Assembly (NCBI GenBank): GCA_963719225.1
Contig: CAVRAY010000001.1
Coordinates: 672,001-736,000, forward strand
DNA length: 64,000 nt
From: Thermoanaerobaculia bacterium
Lineage (GTDB): Bacteria; Acidobacteriota; Thermoanaerobaculia; UBA5066
Direction: 5' to 3'
Below, piece by piece: positions 1 through 9,774 of the stretch. Made by a program: the position numbers and the translations under genes. Position 1 is the stretch's first letter, and every line of letters begins with the position of its first letter. The notes below the pieces were generated by a model that saw only the letters and a program-made list of their open reading frames with translations, was not told the DNA's origin and searched no databases.

Positions 1-1967
1 AGGCGCCGGGGAAAGGCGAGACGGCAACGTTGAGGACCCGGGGCCCCGAGCCGAGGTCCGCCTCAAGGCGGGCGGGCGGCGTCGGCGAAACGAGCTCTCC
101 CGGCAGCACGTCCGCCGCCGGGACGCCGACGAGCGACGTGGCGCCACGCCCGAGAAGCGCCTCGAACGCCGGATTGACCGACGTGAAGCGGCCCGCATCG
201 TCCGTCGCCGCGATCGCCGCCGCGGAGCCCGCGACGACGTTCTCGTGGAACCGCTGGAGCGTCCGGTACCGGTCGGCCTCGACGCGCAGCTCGTCGAAGA
301 GGCGCGCGTGGTCCAGCGCGAGGGCCGCCGGTGCGAGGACGGTTTCGAGAAGCTCCGTGTCTTCCGCCGAGAGAGGCACGCGTCCCGCGCGGTCGCCGAC
401 CGCGAAAAGGGCGAGAAGCCGCCCGGAAACCGTCAGCGGGGCGAGCGTGCGGAAGCCCGCACGCCTGAGGCGCGAGACCGCCGCCGTCGGGCGTGAGGCG
501 AAATCCTCCCGCGAGAGGCGCGTCGTCCCGACGCGGGCCCGTGCGGGAAGCTCCGCGAGAAGCAGAGGCGGGCCTCCGTCGACGTCCCTTGCGACGAGCG
601 CGTCCTCCTCGACGGGGAGGAGGGCCGCCCGCGAGACGCCGAGGCCTCGCGAAATGCGATCCGCGAGGAGCTCCGAAAGGTCCCTGAGCGCGCGCGGTGC
701 CGGCAGCTCCCGGACGAGCGCGAGAAGGCCCTCGCGCTCCCGCCATGCCTCGCGGTACTGGAGGCGCGAGAAGGCCGTGGACAGGCCCCGGCGCACGGGA
801 GAGAAGCTCAGCGCCATCAGAAGACCCGCGGAAATCTGCAGCGCCGCCCTCGCGTGCGGGATGCCCACGGCGACGGGGTGCGCGAGCACGAGCAGCGCGA
901 GCGTGAAAAAGCTCGCTCCCACGAGAAGGGCGCCGAGCACGGACGCCGTCTGTCTGCCGAGAACCTCGACGTCCCAGAGGCGGTAGCGCGTGAGGGACGC
1001 GAGGAAGGCGGCGGGAACGAGCGCGAGCGGAAGAACCGAGAGCGACGAGAGGATCGGGATCGAGCCGCCGAGAAGCCGGGGCACCAGGTTCAGCAGAACC
1101 AGCGGAAGCATGCCGACGGCCGTGCCGAGGAGGAGGAAACGGACCTGCTTTTCCGTCAGGAGATCCGTCGGCCGCCGCGCGAGAACCACGAGGCGCACGG
1201 CCGCCAGAGCGGCAGCGGACGCCATCCAGGCGATCTGCGCGCGGTCGAGGGCGCTCACCGCTTCCGACGCGTCCCGGCCCGCCTTTCCGAAATACACGGC
1301 GGCCGTCGCGGCACCGAGCAGCGCGGCAGGCACGAACGGAAGCCACGCGGGCGCGCGGCGCATGCGCCTCGGGAACGTGAAGACGAGCGAGAGAAGGAGG
1401 GCGGGGAAGAGGGCACGCGCCGCGTCCTCGAGCAGGACCGCCGCACGGAACAGATCGTCGACCGGTGGAATCGGAGTGAGCGTGAGAACGAGCGCGACCG
1501 AGAGCGCGAAGCCCGCGAAGACGAGCGATTCCCGCGAGGGAGGGGAGGGCCGGACCGCCGCGAACCCCGCGGCCAGGAAAGCGAGGCCCACGGCGAACAG
1601 AAAGAGGTAGCGCCAGTCCCAGGACGAAACCGGGACGTTCCGGAAGGTCTGGAGCGTGTCACCCCGCAGGACGGTGAGCTCGGCGGAACGCTCGGCGAGC
1701 CAGCGGGAAGGATCGCCCGATTGCCGCGCCTCCTGGCCGTCGACGAGGAGCATGAGGTCGCCTGCCTTCAGCCCCGAGGGAACGGCGGACTCCCCGACGC
1801 GACGCACGCGCAGGCCCTCCGGCTCGGGCGAGACCAGGACGTCCGCCCGGCCGAACGCCGAGACCTTACGCGCGAGGCAAAGCGCGGAAGGCACGAGTGC
1901 CAGCGCGAGAGCAGGACAGCACGAGCCATCGCGCTATGGCGCGCAACCAGGACGACCGGGACTCCAT
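1..1967 (-). CDS. Membrane sensor protein, PDZ + multi-TM + GAF + PAS (probably a histidine kinase); 3' end outside window; apparent frameshift near 1915
   Basis: Not in the ORF track because no stop lies in the window. Manual translation gives a PDZ-like segment (SGLKAGDLMLLVDG), several TM helices, RYRLWDVEV, a GAF (GDRAGRVPLSAEDTELL...ALALDHARLF) and a PAS start (GRFTSVNPAFEALLG). The ATG at 1967 needs one indel near 1915 to join the main frame. Confidence 0.75.
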
Positions 1968-1980
1968 GTCGAGGGTTGCA

Positions 1981-1995
1981 GCAAGGTAGATGCCA
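1981..1995 (-). promoter_or_regulatory. sigma54 (-24/-12) promoter
   Basis: Minus strand reads TGGCAT-CTACC-TTGC (GG-N10-GC). Predicted +1 is ~1969, two nt before the ATG at 1967, with an AT-rich upstream region. Confidence 0.65.
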
Positions 1996-2138
1996 GTAAT
2001 CCGATTCCTTGAATCAGCTTAACTAGCTGATGAAATGTGACTTGCATGTGGCGAACAGAACCCGATCCAAAATTTCTCACAAAATCTTGAAGTTGCCCCC
2101 GGGTATTTGGAGTGAGGGAGATCGTCGAAAAGGAGAGC

Positions 2139-4070
2139 TTAGAAAGAGACCGCGAAGCCGCCCGCCAGCCTGCGATTCTGCTTCTCGTCGTCCTCGCCCT
2201 CACGCCGCTTGCCGAATTCCATGGAGAAGAGAGCCCGGAGGTCCGAGCCGATCGACCGGAGTGCGGCGAGCGGGATCGACTGTCCGAGGGTGAGATCCAC
2301 CGATTCCACGTCGTTGTGCAGGATCGCCGAGCCCCGCGTGAGCGACTGCGTCACGACGCGGTAGCCCATGCCCAGGGACGTGTCCGTCGCGCGGACGCGG
2401 ATCGCGGCCTGAGCGACGCCCCACGTCGCCTCGTCGGACTGGACGACGCCGTCGCGCTGTCCCGAGAGCTTTCCCGCGCGGAGGGAAATGCGCCCGTCGA
2501 GCGCCTTGCCGAGGCGCGCGGCCGCTCCGAACGAGATGTCCGTCGCGATGTCGCTCGGGAAGAAATAGAGCGAGTCGAGGCGGTCGAGGAAGTCCGGATC
2601 GAAGAGCAGCCGATACGTGCCCGTCAGCTCCCGACGCGAGGCCTCGAGGGAGACGTTCTCGCCGTCGCCGCTCTGCCACCTCAGGCCGGCCTTGTAAAGA
2701 GCCCGCGAACGTCGGGTGAGATCGGCCTCGTCCGTACCGGCCTCGCCGGGCAAGGGCATCTCGCCCTCGAGACGCCGCTCGAAACGGCGCGCGGCGAATC
2801 CGTAGACCTTCCAGCCGTCCTTCGTCGCGATCGCGAGCGTGAGCTCCGGCGTGACCCCGCGCGAGCGGTCGGACACGTCGCCCGTACCGCCGGCCTCGAT
2901 CACGAAGACGTCGAGCAGGCGGACGCCCGCGACCGCACCGACCCGGGTCTCCCTGTCGAAGGGGGACGTCTGGCCGGCGAACTCGTTCGTCGCGCTCCGG
3001 TAGGCGACGGAGAGGCGGGCGAACGTCGAGGTGGAGAGCTCGGTCTGGTAGCGTGCCGCGACGTCGACGGCATTCGACTCGCGGGCGAAAAGATCCGCCG
3101 CCGGTCCGGCCGAAAGGAGCCGGGACTGCGAGATGAGGCGTGCGGAAACCGACGCTTGCGAGCGCTCCGAGACGGCGCCCTTCCAATCGAGGGAATGCGC
3201 GGCGAAGCGCGCTCCGTCGGCTTCGTCCGCCACGATCTGCTGGCGCGTCGAGAGGTGGATCGCCTGGCCCGAGCCGTTCGGGCCGGAGGCCAGATCCAGC
3301 ATGACGTGCGAGGCATCGCCGCCTTTCTCGCCTGACATCGCCGCGAGCCGCGCGTAAGCGCCCGAAGCCCCCCAGTGCAGCTTCTCTCCCGCGGTACCGC
3401 TCACGTCGAGCGAGGCACGCGACAGCGAGGCCCCGCCCGCCGCACCGAAGCCCGCCGTGGATGCGACCGACGCGCGGACGGGAAGTGCGGATCCGTGTCC
3501 TTCACGGCTCGCGATCGAAAGGGGAAGCGCGGCGCGCTCAGGTCCTTCCTCGAGAGCGGCCAGTACCGCCGGCACGTCGCGCAGCACGTCGCCGGGCGCT
3601 ACGGCCCGTGCGATCCACACGTCTAGGGTTCCACTGGTTCCACCCGCGCCGCCCGTGGCCTCGGGAAGGATTCCCGCCGGGGGCTCGAGATCGAGCCGCA
3701 CGAAAGAGAGCGATCCGTCCGGGGCCGCACGATGTAGGAGGCGGGCGAGCGCGGGCCGGAAGCCCGGCACGACGGAAAGCACGGTGTAGAGCCCCTCGGC
3801 CGCGTCGCCGAGGACGAACGTCCCGTCCGCATCGCTCTTGAGGAGCTTGACGACGTTCGCTCCGGCCGCCGTCACCCCGCGTACGACGAGAGCCGCGCCC
3901 GGGACCGGCACGCCGCCGGCGCGCACGATGCCCGAGAGTGGAGCCGAGAGTGAAGCTGAAAGCGGTGCCCGGCGCGCCTCGGCCTCCCCGGCGGCCGCGG
4001 GGCGCGCGAGGGACGCTGCGGCGGCCACTCCTGCAAGCAGGAGTCGTGTCGAGCGGCTCGAAAGGGTCAC
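2139..4070 (-). CDS. Secreted/outer-membrane protein: carboxypeptidase-regulatory-like N-domain + probable beta-barrel
   Basis: GTG start after AGGGGG, signal peptide, LSGIVR...SDADGTFVL...GLYTVLSVVPGF, alternating beta-strands, C-terminal Phe (GGFAVSF). Confidence 0.65.
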   Translation of the reverse strand: MTLSSRSTRLLLAGVAAAASLARPAAAGEAEARRAPLSASLSAPLSGIVRAGGVPVPGAALVVRGVTAAGANVVKLLKSDADGTFVLGDAAEGLYTVLSVVPGFRPALARLLHRAAPDGSLSFVRLDLEPPAGILPEATGGAGGTSGTLDVWIARAVAPGDVLRDVPAVLAALEEGPERAALPLSIASREGHGSALPVRASVASTAGFGAAGGASLSRASLDVSGTAGEKLHWGASGAYARLAAMSGEKGGDASHVMLDLASGPNGSGQAIHLSTRQQIVADEADGARFAAHSLDWKGAVSERSQASVSARLISQSRLLSAGPAADLFARESNAVDVAARYQTELSTSTFARLSVAYRSATNEFAGQTSPFDRETRVGAVAGVRLLDVFVIEAGGTGDVSDRSRGVTPELTLAIATKDGWKVYGFAARRFERRLEGEMPLPGEAGTDEADLTRRSRALYKAGLRWQSGDGENVSLEASRRELTGTYRLLFDPDFLDRLDSLYFFPSDIATDISFGAAARLGKALDGRISLRAGKLSGQRDGVVQSDEATWGVAQAAIRVRATDTSLGMGYRVVTQSLTRGSAILHNDVESVDLTLGQSIPLAALRSIGSDLRALFSMEFGKRREGEDDEKQNRRLAGGFAVSF

Positions 4071-4143
4071 GGACCCCCCTTGAAACCTATCATCCGCCCG
4101 CTTTCGTCGCCGCGTCAACCGGAGTTTGAAGAGAGTCGCAGAT

Positions 4144-5055
4144 TCAGGCGGCCGGCCCCAGGCCGAGCGTCGCGCGGATCACGTGCCTCGCGATGGACGG
4201 ATTCTCCTTGAGACGACGCGTGGAATAGGCGTACCAGTCCCCGCCGAAAGGAACGTAGACGCGCAGCCGATGGCCGGCATCGAGGAGGCTCCGCCTCAGA
4301 ACGGGGTCGACGCCGAGGAGCATCTGGAACTCGTAGCGGTCGGGCGCGAGCGAAAGGCGATCGATCGTGGCCAGCGCGCGCTGGACGCAGGCCTCGTCAT
4401 GCGTCGCGATCGCGGCGTAACAACCCGCGGAGAGGTGCTTGTCGACGAGTGCGGAGAAGCTGTCGATGATCGTCGCGCGGTCCTTCCAGGCGATCGCGCG
4501 GGACTCCACGTAGATACCCTTGCAGAATCTGACGTTCATGCGGGCCTGGACGAGCCGATCGAGATCCTTGAGGCTGCGTTTGAGATACGCCTGGATCGCG
4601 ACGCCCACGGAGGGAAACTTCGCCTTGAGCTCGAGCGCGAGCCGGAGCGTCGACTCGGTGTAGGGGCTGTCCTCCATGTCGAGGCGGACGAACATCCCGT
4701 GCGCGGCGGCGCGCGTGCAGATCTCCGTGCAGTTCTCGAGGGCGAGCGCCGGGTCGATCGCGAGGCCCACGGCGGTGGCCTTCACCGAGACGTTCGCGTC
4801 GAGCCCGCTCGCGGCGATCGCGTGGATGACGCGCACGTACTGGTCCCGCGTCGCCTCCGTCTGCTCCCGCCGGGTCACGCTTTCGCCCAGGACGTCGAGA
4901 GTCGCCATCGCGCCTTCCGCCACGAGCGCGCGAACGGTGGCGAGGGCGTCGTCGAGCGTCTCGCCGGCCACGTAACGCGAGGCGACGCGCTTGACGAGCG
5001 AGCGCGGCACGAGCGGCAGCGTGCCGACGACGAGCCGGTCGAACAGGGGCGTCAT
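4144..5055 (-). CDS. Monofunctional proline dehydrogenase
   Basis: RYVAGET, LDVLGE, RLDMED, IQAYL, KGIY, IATHD, EFQMLLG, RVYVPFG..WYAYSTRRLKE; ATGA overlap with comF stop. Confidence 0.93.
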   Translation of the reverse strand: MTPLFDRLVVGTLPLVPRSLVKRVASRYVAGETLDDALATVRALVAEGAMATLDVLGESVTRREQTEATRDQYVRVIHAIAASGLDANVSVKATAVGLAIDPALALENCTEICTRAAAHGMFVRLDMEDSPYTESTLRLALELKAKFPSVGVAIQAYLKRSLKDLDRLVQARMNVRFCKGIYVESRAIAWKDRATIIDSFSALVDKHLSAGCYAAIATHDEACVQRALATIDRLSLAPDRYEFQMLLGVDPVLRRSLLDAGHRLRVYVPFGGDWYAYSTRRLKENPSIARHVIRATLGLGPAA

Positions 5056-5798
5056 GCGCCCTCCGGCGTTCGGGCGAGCACGAGCGCACGCACGTCCGCC
5101 GCTCCCGCAGCACGCAGGGCGTCGGCCGCGGCGAAAAGAGTCGCACCCGTCGTGACGACGTCGTCGACGAGAACGAGAACGCGGCCGCCCGCCCGCGAAG
5201 ACGCGGCAAATGCCCCCCGGACGTTCGCGCGCCGGCCCGCCGCGGGAAGCGAGGTCTGCGGCGGAGCGTCGCGTTTGCGCGAGAGAAGAGTCTGGTGCGG
5301 CGTGCCGAGCCGGCGGCTCGTTTCTTCGGCGAGAAGCATGGCGGGATCGTACCCGCGATCGCGATTCCGCTTCGCCGTGGACGGCACGCTCACGAGCGCG
5401 TGAGCCTCTGCCGCGATTCCACTCGCGCGCGCGAGGTCCGCGAGCCGCCTGCCGAGAGGCGCGGCGAGGAGGTCCCAGCCCTTGAACTTGAACGCGTGGT
5501 GGAGCGTGCGGAGACCCCCCGCGTAGAGTCCGAAGGCCGCGGTGCGCGTCACCGCGGGGGACGCGACACGACAGCCCGGACAGATCGAGCCGTCCCCCGG
5601 CAGGGCACAGCGGGGGCACGCGGCGGCGGAGTCGAGGACGGGGAGTGAAGCCCAGCAGGCCGGGCACACGCCGCCGCCCCCGAGATCCGCACGCGGGAAG
5701 TCACAGACGCCGCAGCGCGAGGGGACGAGGAGGTCGAGGAATGGAGCGAAAAACGCAGGCCGACCCGGCGCGTGTGTCGCTGTCTGGGCCCCCGGCAC
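5052..5798 (-). CDS. comF: ComF family protein (double zinc ribbon + phosphoribosyltransferase)
   Basis: CxxC repeats, RGYDPA, VLVDDVVTTGAT; start codon uncertain (GTG 5798 or ATG 5846). Confidence 0.88.
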   Translation of the reverse strand: MPGAQTATHAPGRPAFFAPFLDLLVPSRCGVCDFPRADLGGGGVCPACWASLPVLDSAAACPRCALPGDGSICPGCRVASPAVTRTAAFGLYAGGLRTLHHAFKFKGWDLLAAPLGRRLADLARASGIAAEAHALVSVPSTAKRNRDRGYDPAMLLAEETSRRLGTPHQTLLSRKRDAPPQTSLPAAGRRANVRGAFAASSRAGGRVLVLVDDVVTTGATLFAAADALRAAGAADVRALVLARTPEGA

Positions 5799-5889
5799 GA
5801 TCCGCGATTCTAGACGAGTGGAAGCCGGCCTCCGTATCCGCAGCATGCATCTGTCTCGCCGCCTTCGCCGTGACGTATCCTCGTTCGCC

Positions 5890-6480
5890 ATGGCACGTCG
5901 ATTCGCCGCCGTCGGCGCATTCGCCCTACTCTTTTTTCTGTGCTCCTCCGTCCGCGCCCAGACGACGCGGCTCCAGGAGTTTCCGTTCGCCGTCGGCGCC
6001 GGCGGGTCTTTCCTGAACGAGACGGGCCGATCCGATGACGTGAAGGCTTTTTCGACCGGTGGCTTCCATGCCTTCCTCGAGCTCAATCTCGACCCCGGCA
6101 TCCTCCTTCAGGCGCGCTACGAGAGGTTCCAGCTGCCGGGCAGCGCCTCGAGCGCCCCCTTCCAACCGGCGGTCGCCGCTCCCCGCATCGACGTCGACGC
6201 GGGCAACGTGACCGTCGCCTACGTCTTCCGCGAGACCTGGTGGGAAGCGGGCCTGTTTGCCGGAGTGGGCCTCTACGGGCTTGCGCCGCAGGCGCCCGAG
6301 GCGGGCCAGACGCCGGTCGACGTCCGTGAAACCGTGTTCGGCTGGAACGGCGGAACGCTCCTCGTCTTCCAGGTCGCACGGCGCTGGGACTTGCGTCTCG
6401 AGGCCGCCGGCTACCTCCTGCGGAATGACGCCTCGCTCAAGCTGGTCCGCCTCGGCGGTTCCCTGGCGTACCACTTCTAG
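5890..6480 (+). CDS. Small outer-membrane beta-barrel protein
   Basis: Signal peptide ending VRA-Q, amphipathic strands, C-terminal YHF. Confidence 0.7.
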   Translation: MARRFAAVGAFALLFFLCSSVRAQTTRLQEFPFAVGAGGSFLNETGRSDDVKAFSTGGFHAFLELNLDPGILLQARYERFQLPGSASSAPFQPAVAAPRIDVDAGNVTVAYVFRETWWEAGLFAGVGLYGLAPQAPEAGQTPVDVRETVFGWNGGTLLVFQVARRWDLRLEAAGYLLRNDASLKLVRLGGSLAYHF

Positions 6481-6518
6481 TAATCCCGATCACGTCTCGA
6501 GGCCCCAAACGGTGGGCT

Positions 6519-6544
6519 CCCACCCGACCTTTCGGTCGGGCGGG
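6519..6544 (-). terminator. Stable GAAA-tetraloop hairpin between convergent genes
   Basis: Minus strand CCCGCCCGACC-GAAA-GGTCGGGTGGG; no clear U-tract. Confidence 0.4.
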
Positions 6545-6670
6545 GATTGCGGCGGTGGGATTGACTAACTGAGGTTCTTGTTGGAGGGAAGAAACTGGAG
6601 GGCCCGTCTGCCGAGTGGCCGGCGGGACAGGGGGGTGGAAATGAAGATCGTCGTATCCATTTTGATATTT

Positions 6671-6842
6671 GTCGAAATGTCCGTTTCGATCTCCTGCCCT
6701 CATATACGCAAGAGAGATGCCTCGAGTTTCTCCAGCTCCTGAAAAACCTCAACTGACTGAAAACAGCTCATTTATAGGGAATCGCCGTCCCGTTTCCACG
6801 GGAGAAATAAATGCGCGAGAGATCGAAAACGGACACTGTCGA
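6671..6842. repeat. Imperfect ~23-bp inverted repeat pair (6671-6693 / 6819-6842); possible structured ncRNA
   Basis: GTCGAAATGTCCGTTTCGATCTC versus GAGATCGAAAACGGACACTGTCGA. Confidence 0.5.
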
Positions 6843-6869
6843 TGCGAAAACGACACTCTCGCCGTTTGC

Positions 6870-7328
6870 TCAGGCACCTTCCATGAGCGGGAGCAGGGTC
6901 GAATCCTTCTTGACGGAAAGCGAGAGCTCGACTCGGGTTCTCACGACACCCCGGAGCGTCTGAACTTTCTGTCTCAGGATGGCTTCCAGATGCTCCACGT
7001 CGCGGGCGCGGATCTTCAGCCGGTAGCCGAATTCGCCCGAGATGGCGTAGCACTCCTGGACGTCGAGCAGAGCCTCGATCTCTTCGAGAAACGGACGCTC
7101 GAAACGCGGGTGCTCGAGCAGCACGTCCACGTGGGCCACGAGCGGCATCCCGACGAGGCGAGGATCGAGAAGGGCCGTGAAGCGCTGGATGAATCCCCGC
7201 GTTTCGAGCTTCTTGATCCGCTCGTTGACCGAGGGCGTCGTAAGCCCGACGGTTTCCGCGATTCTCGCCTGCGAGATCTTCGCGTCCCGCTGGAGAATAT
7301 CGAGGATCCGGCGATCGATGTCGTCCAT
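6870..7328 (-). CDS. Lrp/AsnC family transcriptional regulator
   Basis: MDDIDRRILDILQRDAKIS HTH, ERIKKLE..G.I, ECYAISGEFGYRLKI. Confidence 0.93.
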   Translation of the reverse strand: MDDIDRRILDILQRDAKISQARIAETVGLTTPSVNERIKKLETRGFIQRFTALLDPRLVGMPLVAHVDVLLEHPRFERPFLEEIEALLDVQECYAISGEFGYRLKIRARDVEHLEAILRQKVQTLRGVVRTRVELSLSVKKDSTLLPLMEGA

Positions 7329-7404
7329 ATAAAATTCGGCCTGAGGGTTCGAAACCCGAACTTTATATGGTCGCGAGGGCCGAAGCAACCGGCCGGGGGC
7401 CCAA

Positions 7405-8658
7405 TCAGTCGGCCGGACCGGGAACTTCGGCTCCCTTGGGGATCACCACGACGCCTCCCTCGGAGACGTGGAAGCGCTTGCGGTCCTCCTCCTCGTCGAA
7501 GCCGATTTCCGTGCGCGGCGGGATCTGCACTCCGCGGTCGACGATGACGCGGCGGAGGCGCGCGTAGCGCCCCACGTCGACGCCGTCCATGAGGACGCAT
7601 TCCTCGACGTGAGAGAACGAGTTGATCCTCACGCGCGGGAACAGGATCGAGCGGTGAATCGTGCCGCCCGAGATGATGCAGCCCGACGCGACGGTGGAGT
7701 CGGTCGCGATGCCGATGCGCTGGGAAATCGCGTCCGCGAACACGAACTTCGCCGGCGGCTGCTGCGAGGCGTGGCTCTTGAGCGGCCACTTGTGGTTGTA
7801 GAGGTTCAGCGGCGGCGTGACGGAGATCAGGTCCATCGACGCGTCCCAGTAGGAGTCGATGGTGCCGACGTCCCGCCAGTAGGGCTCGAGATCCTCGGCC
7901 CCCGGGACGCGGTTCGTCGAGAAGTCGTACGCGTAGAGGCCCACGCCTCCCGCGAGCAGCGCCGGGATGATCGTCTTGCCGAAGTCGTGGGAGGTGTCCT
8001 GGAGCGCGTCGTGCTCGAGCGCGTCGATCAGGACGCCCGCGCGAAAGATGTAATTGCCCATGGACGCGAGCGCCATCTCGGGGTTTGAGGGCATGGGCCA
8101 CGGCTCGGCGGGCTTCTCGTGGAAGTTGAGGATTCGCCCGTCCGCCGCGACCTCGAGAATCCCGAAACGCGAGGCGTCGGCGATCGGTACGGGAATCGCC
8201 GCGATCGTGAGGTCGTGGCCGCCCTCCTCGTGCGCGAGGAGCATCGGGTTCACGTCCATCATGTAGATGTGGTCGCCGCCGAAGACGCAGACGTGCGCGG
8301 GCTCTTCGTCGAAGATGAGATCGAGATTCTGATAGACCGCGTCCGCGGTCCCTCGAAACCAGTGAGGACCGCGCCGCATCTGGGCGGGGACGGGATCCAC
8401 GAACTGGCCGATGTCGAAGCTGAGCCGCCAGGTGCGGATGATGTGCTCGATGAGCGAGTTCGACTTGAACTGGGTCAGGACCTTGATCTTCGTGAAGCCG
8501 GAGTTGACGAAGTTGTTGAGGGCGAAATCGATGATGCGGTAGCGGCCGCCGAACGGTACCGCGGGCTTCGCGCGGTCGCGCGTCAGCGGAAAAAGCCGCT
8601 CGCCCATCCCGCCCGCGAGGATGACCGAGAGGACGTCGCGATGCTGGAGGATCTTCAC
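7405..8658 (-). CDS. glgC: Glucose-1-phosphate adenylyltransferase
   Basis: ILAGGMGERLFPLTRDRAKPAVPFGG, GTADAVYQN, SMGNYIF, YWRDVGT. Confidence 0.97.
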   Translation of the reverse strand: MKILQHRDVLSVILAGGMGERLFPLTRDRAKPAVPFGGRYRIIDFALNNFVNSGFTKIKVLTQFKSNSLIEHIIRTWRLSFDIGQFVDPVPAQMRRGPHWFRGTADAVYQNLDLIFDEEPAHVCVFGGDHIYMMDVNPMLLAHEEGGHDLTIAAIPVPIADASRFGILEVAADGRILNFHEKPAEPWPMPSNPEMALASMGNYIFRAGVLIDALEHDALQDTSHDFGKTIIPALLAGGVGLYAYDFSTNRVPGAEDLEPYWRDVGTIDSYWDASMDLISVTPPLNLYNHKWPLKSHASQQPPAKFVFADAISQRIGIATDSTVASGCIISGGTIHRSILFPRVRINSFSHVEECVLMDGVDVGRYARLRRVIVDRGVQIPPRTEIGFDEEEDRKRFHVSEGGVVVIPKGAEVPGPAD

Positions 8659-8747
8659 AGGGCTCCCGCAATGAGATGCCGCGCGATCGTACCGCGTTCG
8701 GCGTTCCTTTCGGGCGGCGGCGCGCGTCGGGTATCGTAGCGGCGCGC

Positions 8748-9770
8748 ATGGCCACGAAGGATCCTTACGAGGTTCTCGGAGTCGATCGCAAGGCGAGCGA
8801 GGCGGAGATCAAGAAGGCGTACCGCCGCCTCGCGCGCAAGCACCATCCGGACGTCAACGTGTCGGACGCGGCCGCGAAGAGGAAGTTCCAGGAGATCGCG
8901 GCGGCCTACGAGGTCCTAAAAGACCCGAAACGCCGGAAACATTTCGACACGACCGGCGACACCGGAGCTCCGCCCGAGGGCGGCGTTCCGCGTCCGACCG
9001 GAGCGGGACCGTTCGCCGGAGGCTCCCCGTTCGGTGGAAGCAGCCCGTTCGGCGGAGCGTCCCGCGGAACGACCTTCCACTGGTCGGGCGATTTCGGCGA
9101 CCTCTTTTCCGATCTCTTCTCGGGTGGCCGCGCGGGAGGCGCTCCGGGCTTCGACGAAGAGGACGACGATGCCGCCGCCGAGCTCACGATCCCCTTTCGC
9201 GACGCCGTCCTCGGCGGGACGATCACGTTGCAGGTGCGATATCCCCGCCGCTGCACGCGATGCGGAGGGTCGGGCCGCGTCGGACAGGCCCCGTGCCCTA
9301 CCTGTCACGGCGCGGGCGAGGTGGTCTCGAAGGAGCGCCTCTCCGTGCGCATTCCCGCGGGCGTCTCGACCGGCTCGAAGGTGCGCGTGCCCGGGAAAGG
9401 CCGCACCGAGAAGGGCGATCTCTACGTGGCGCTCACGGTACTCGCGCACCCGTATTTCGCGCGTGAGGGCGACGACATCCTCGCCGAGGTGCCGGTCACC
9501 GTCTCCGAGGCGTATCTCGGCGCCGAGATCGACGTCCCGACGATCCACGGACCCGTGCGCGCGCGCATTCCTCCGGGGACCGCCGGAGGGCAGCGCTTCC
9601 GTCTCAAGGGCTACGGGGTGAGGAGCGGGCGCGGGGTCGACGGCGACCATACCTACCGCGTGTCGATCGCGATGCCGGGGAAGCCGACGGAAGAGGGCCG
9701 CGCGACCGCCGCGAAGTTCGCCGGGCTCTACGAGCGGGACCCGCGCGCCGACCTTCCGCGCGGGCTATAG
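8748..9770 (+). CDS. dnaJ: DnaJ/CbpA-class co-chaperone
   Basis: J-domain with HPD, G/F-rich linker, two CxxCxGxG repeats, DnaJ C-terminal domain; likely a paralogue. Confidence 0.85.
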   Translation: MATKDPYEVLGVDRKASEAEIKKAYRRLARKHHPDVNVSDAAAKRKFQEIAAAYEVLKDPKRRKHFDTTGDTGAPPEGGVPRPTGAGPFAGGSPFGGSSPFGGASRGTTFHWSGDFGDLFSDLFSGGRAGGAPGFDEEDDDAAAELTIPFRDAVLGGTITLQVRYPRRCTRCGGSGRVGQAPCPTCHGAGEVVSKERLSVRIPAGVSTGSKVRVPGKGRTEKGDLYVALTVLAHPYFAREGDDILAEVPVTVSEAYLGAEIDVPTIHGPVRARIPPGTAGGQRFRLKGYGVRSGRGVDGDHTYRVSIAMPGKPTEEGRATAAKFAGLYERDPRADLPRGL

Positions 9771-9774
9771 GCGC

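Noticed and set aside
63-1999. Track ORFs 30-986, 63-1346, 854-1999 and 990-1610
   Set aside because: The real gene is in a different minus-strand frame that has no stop inside the window.
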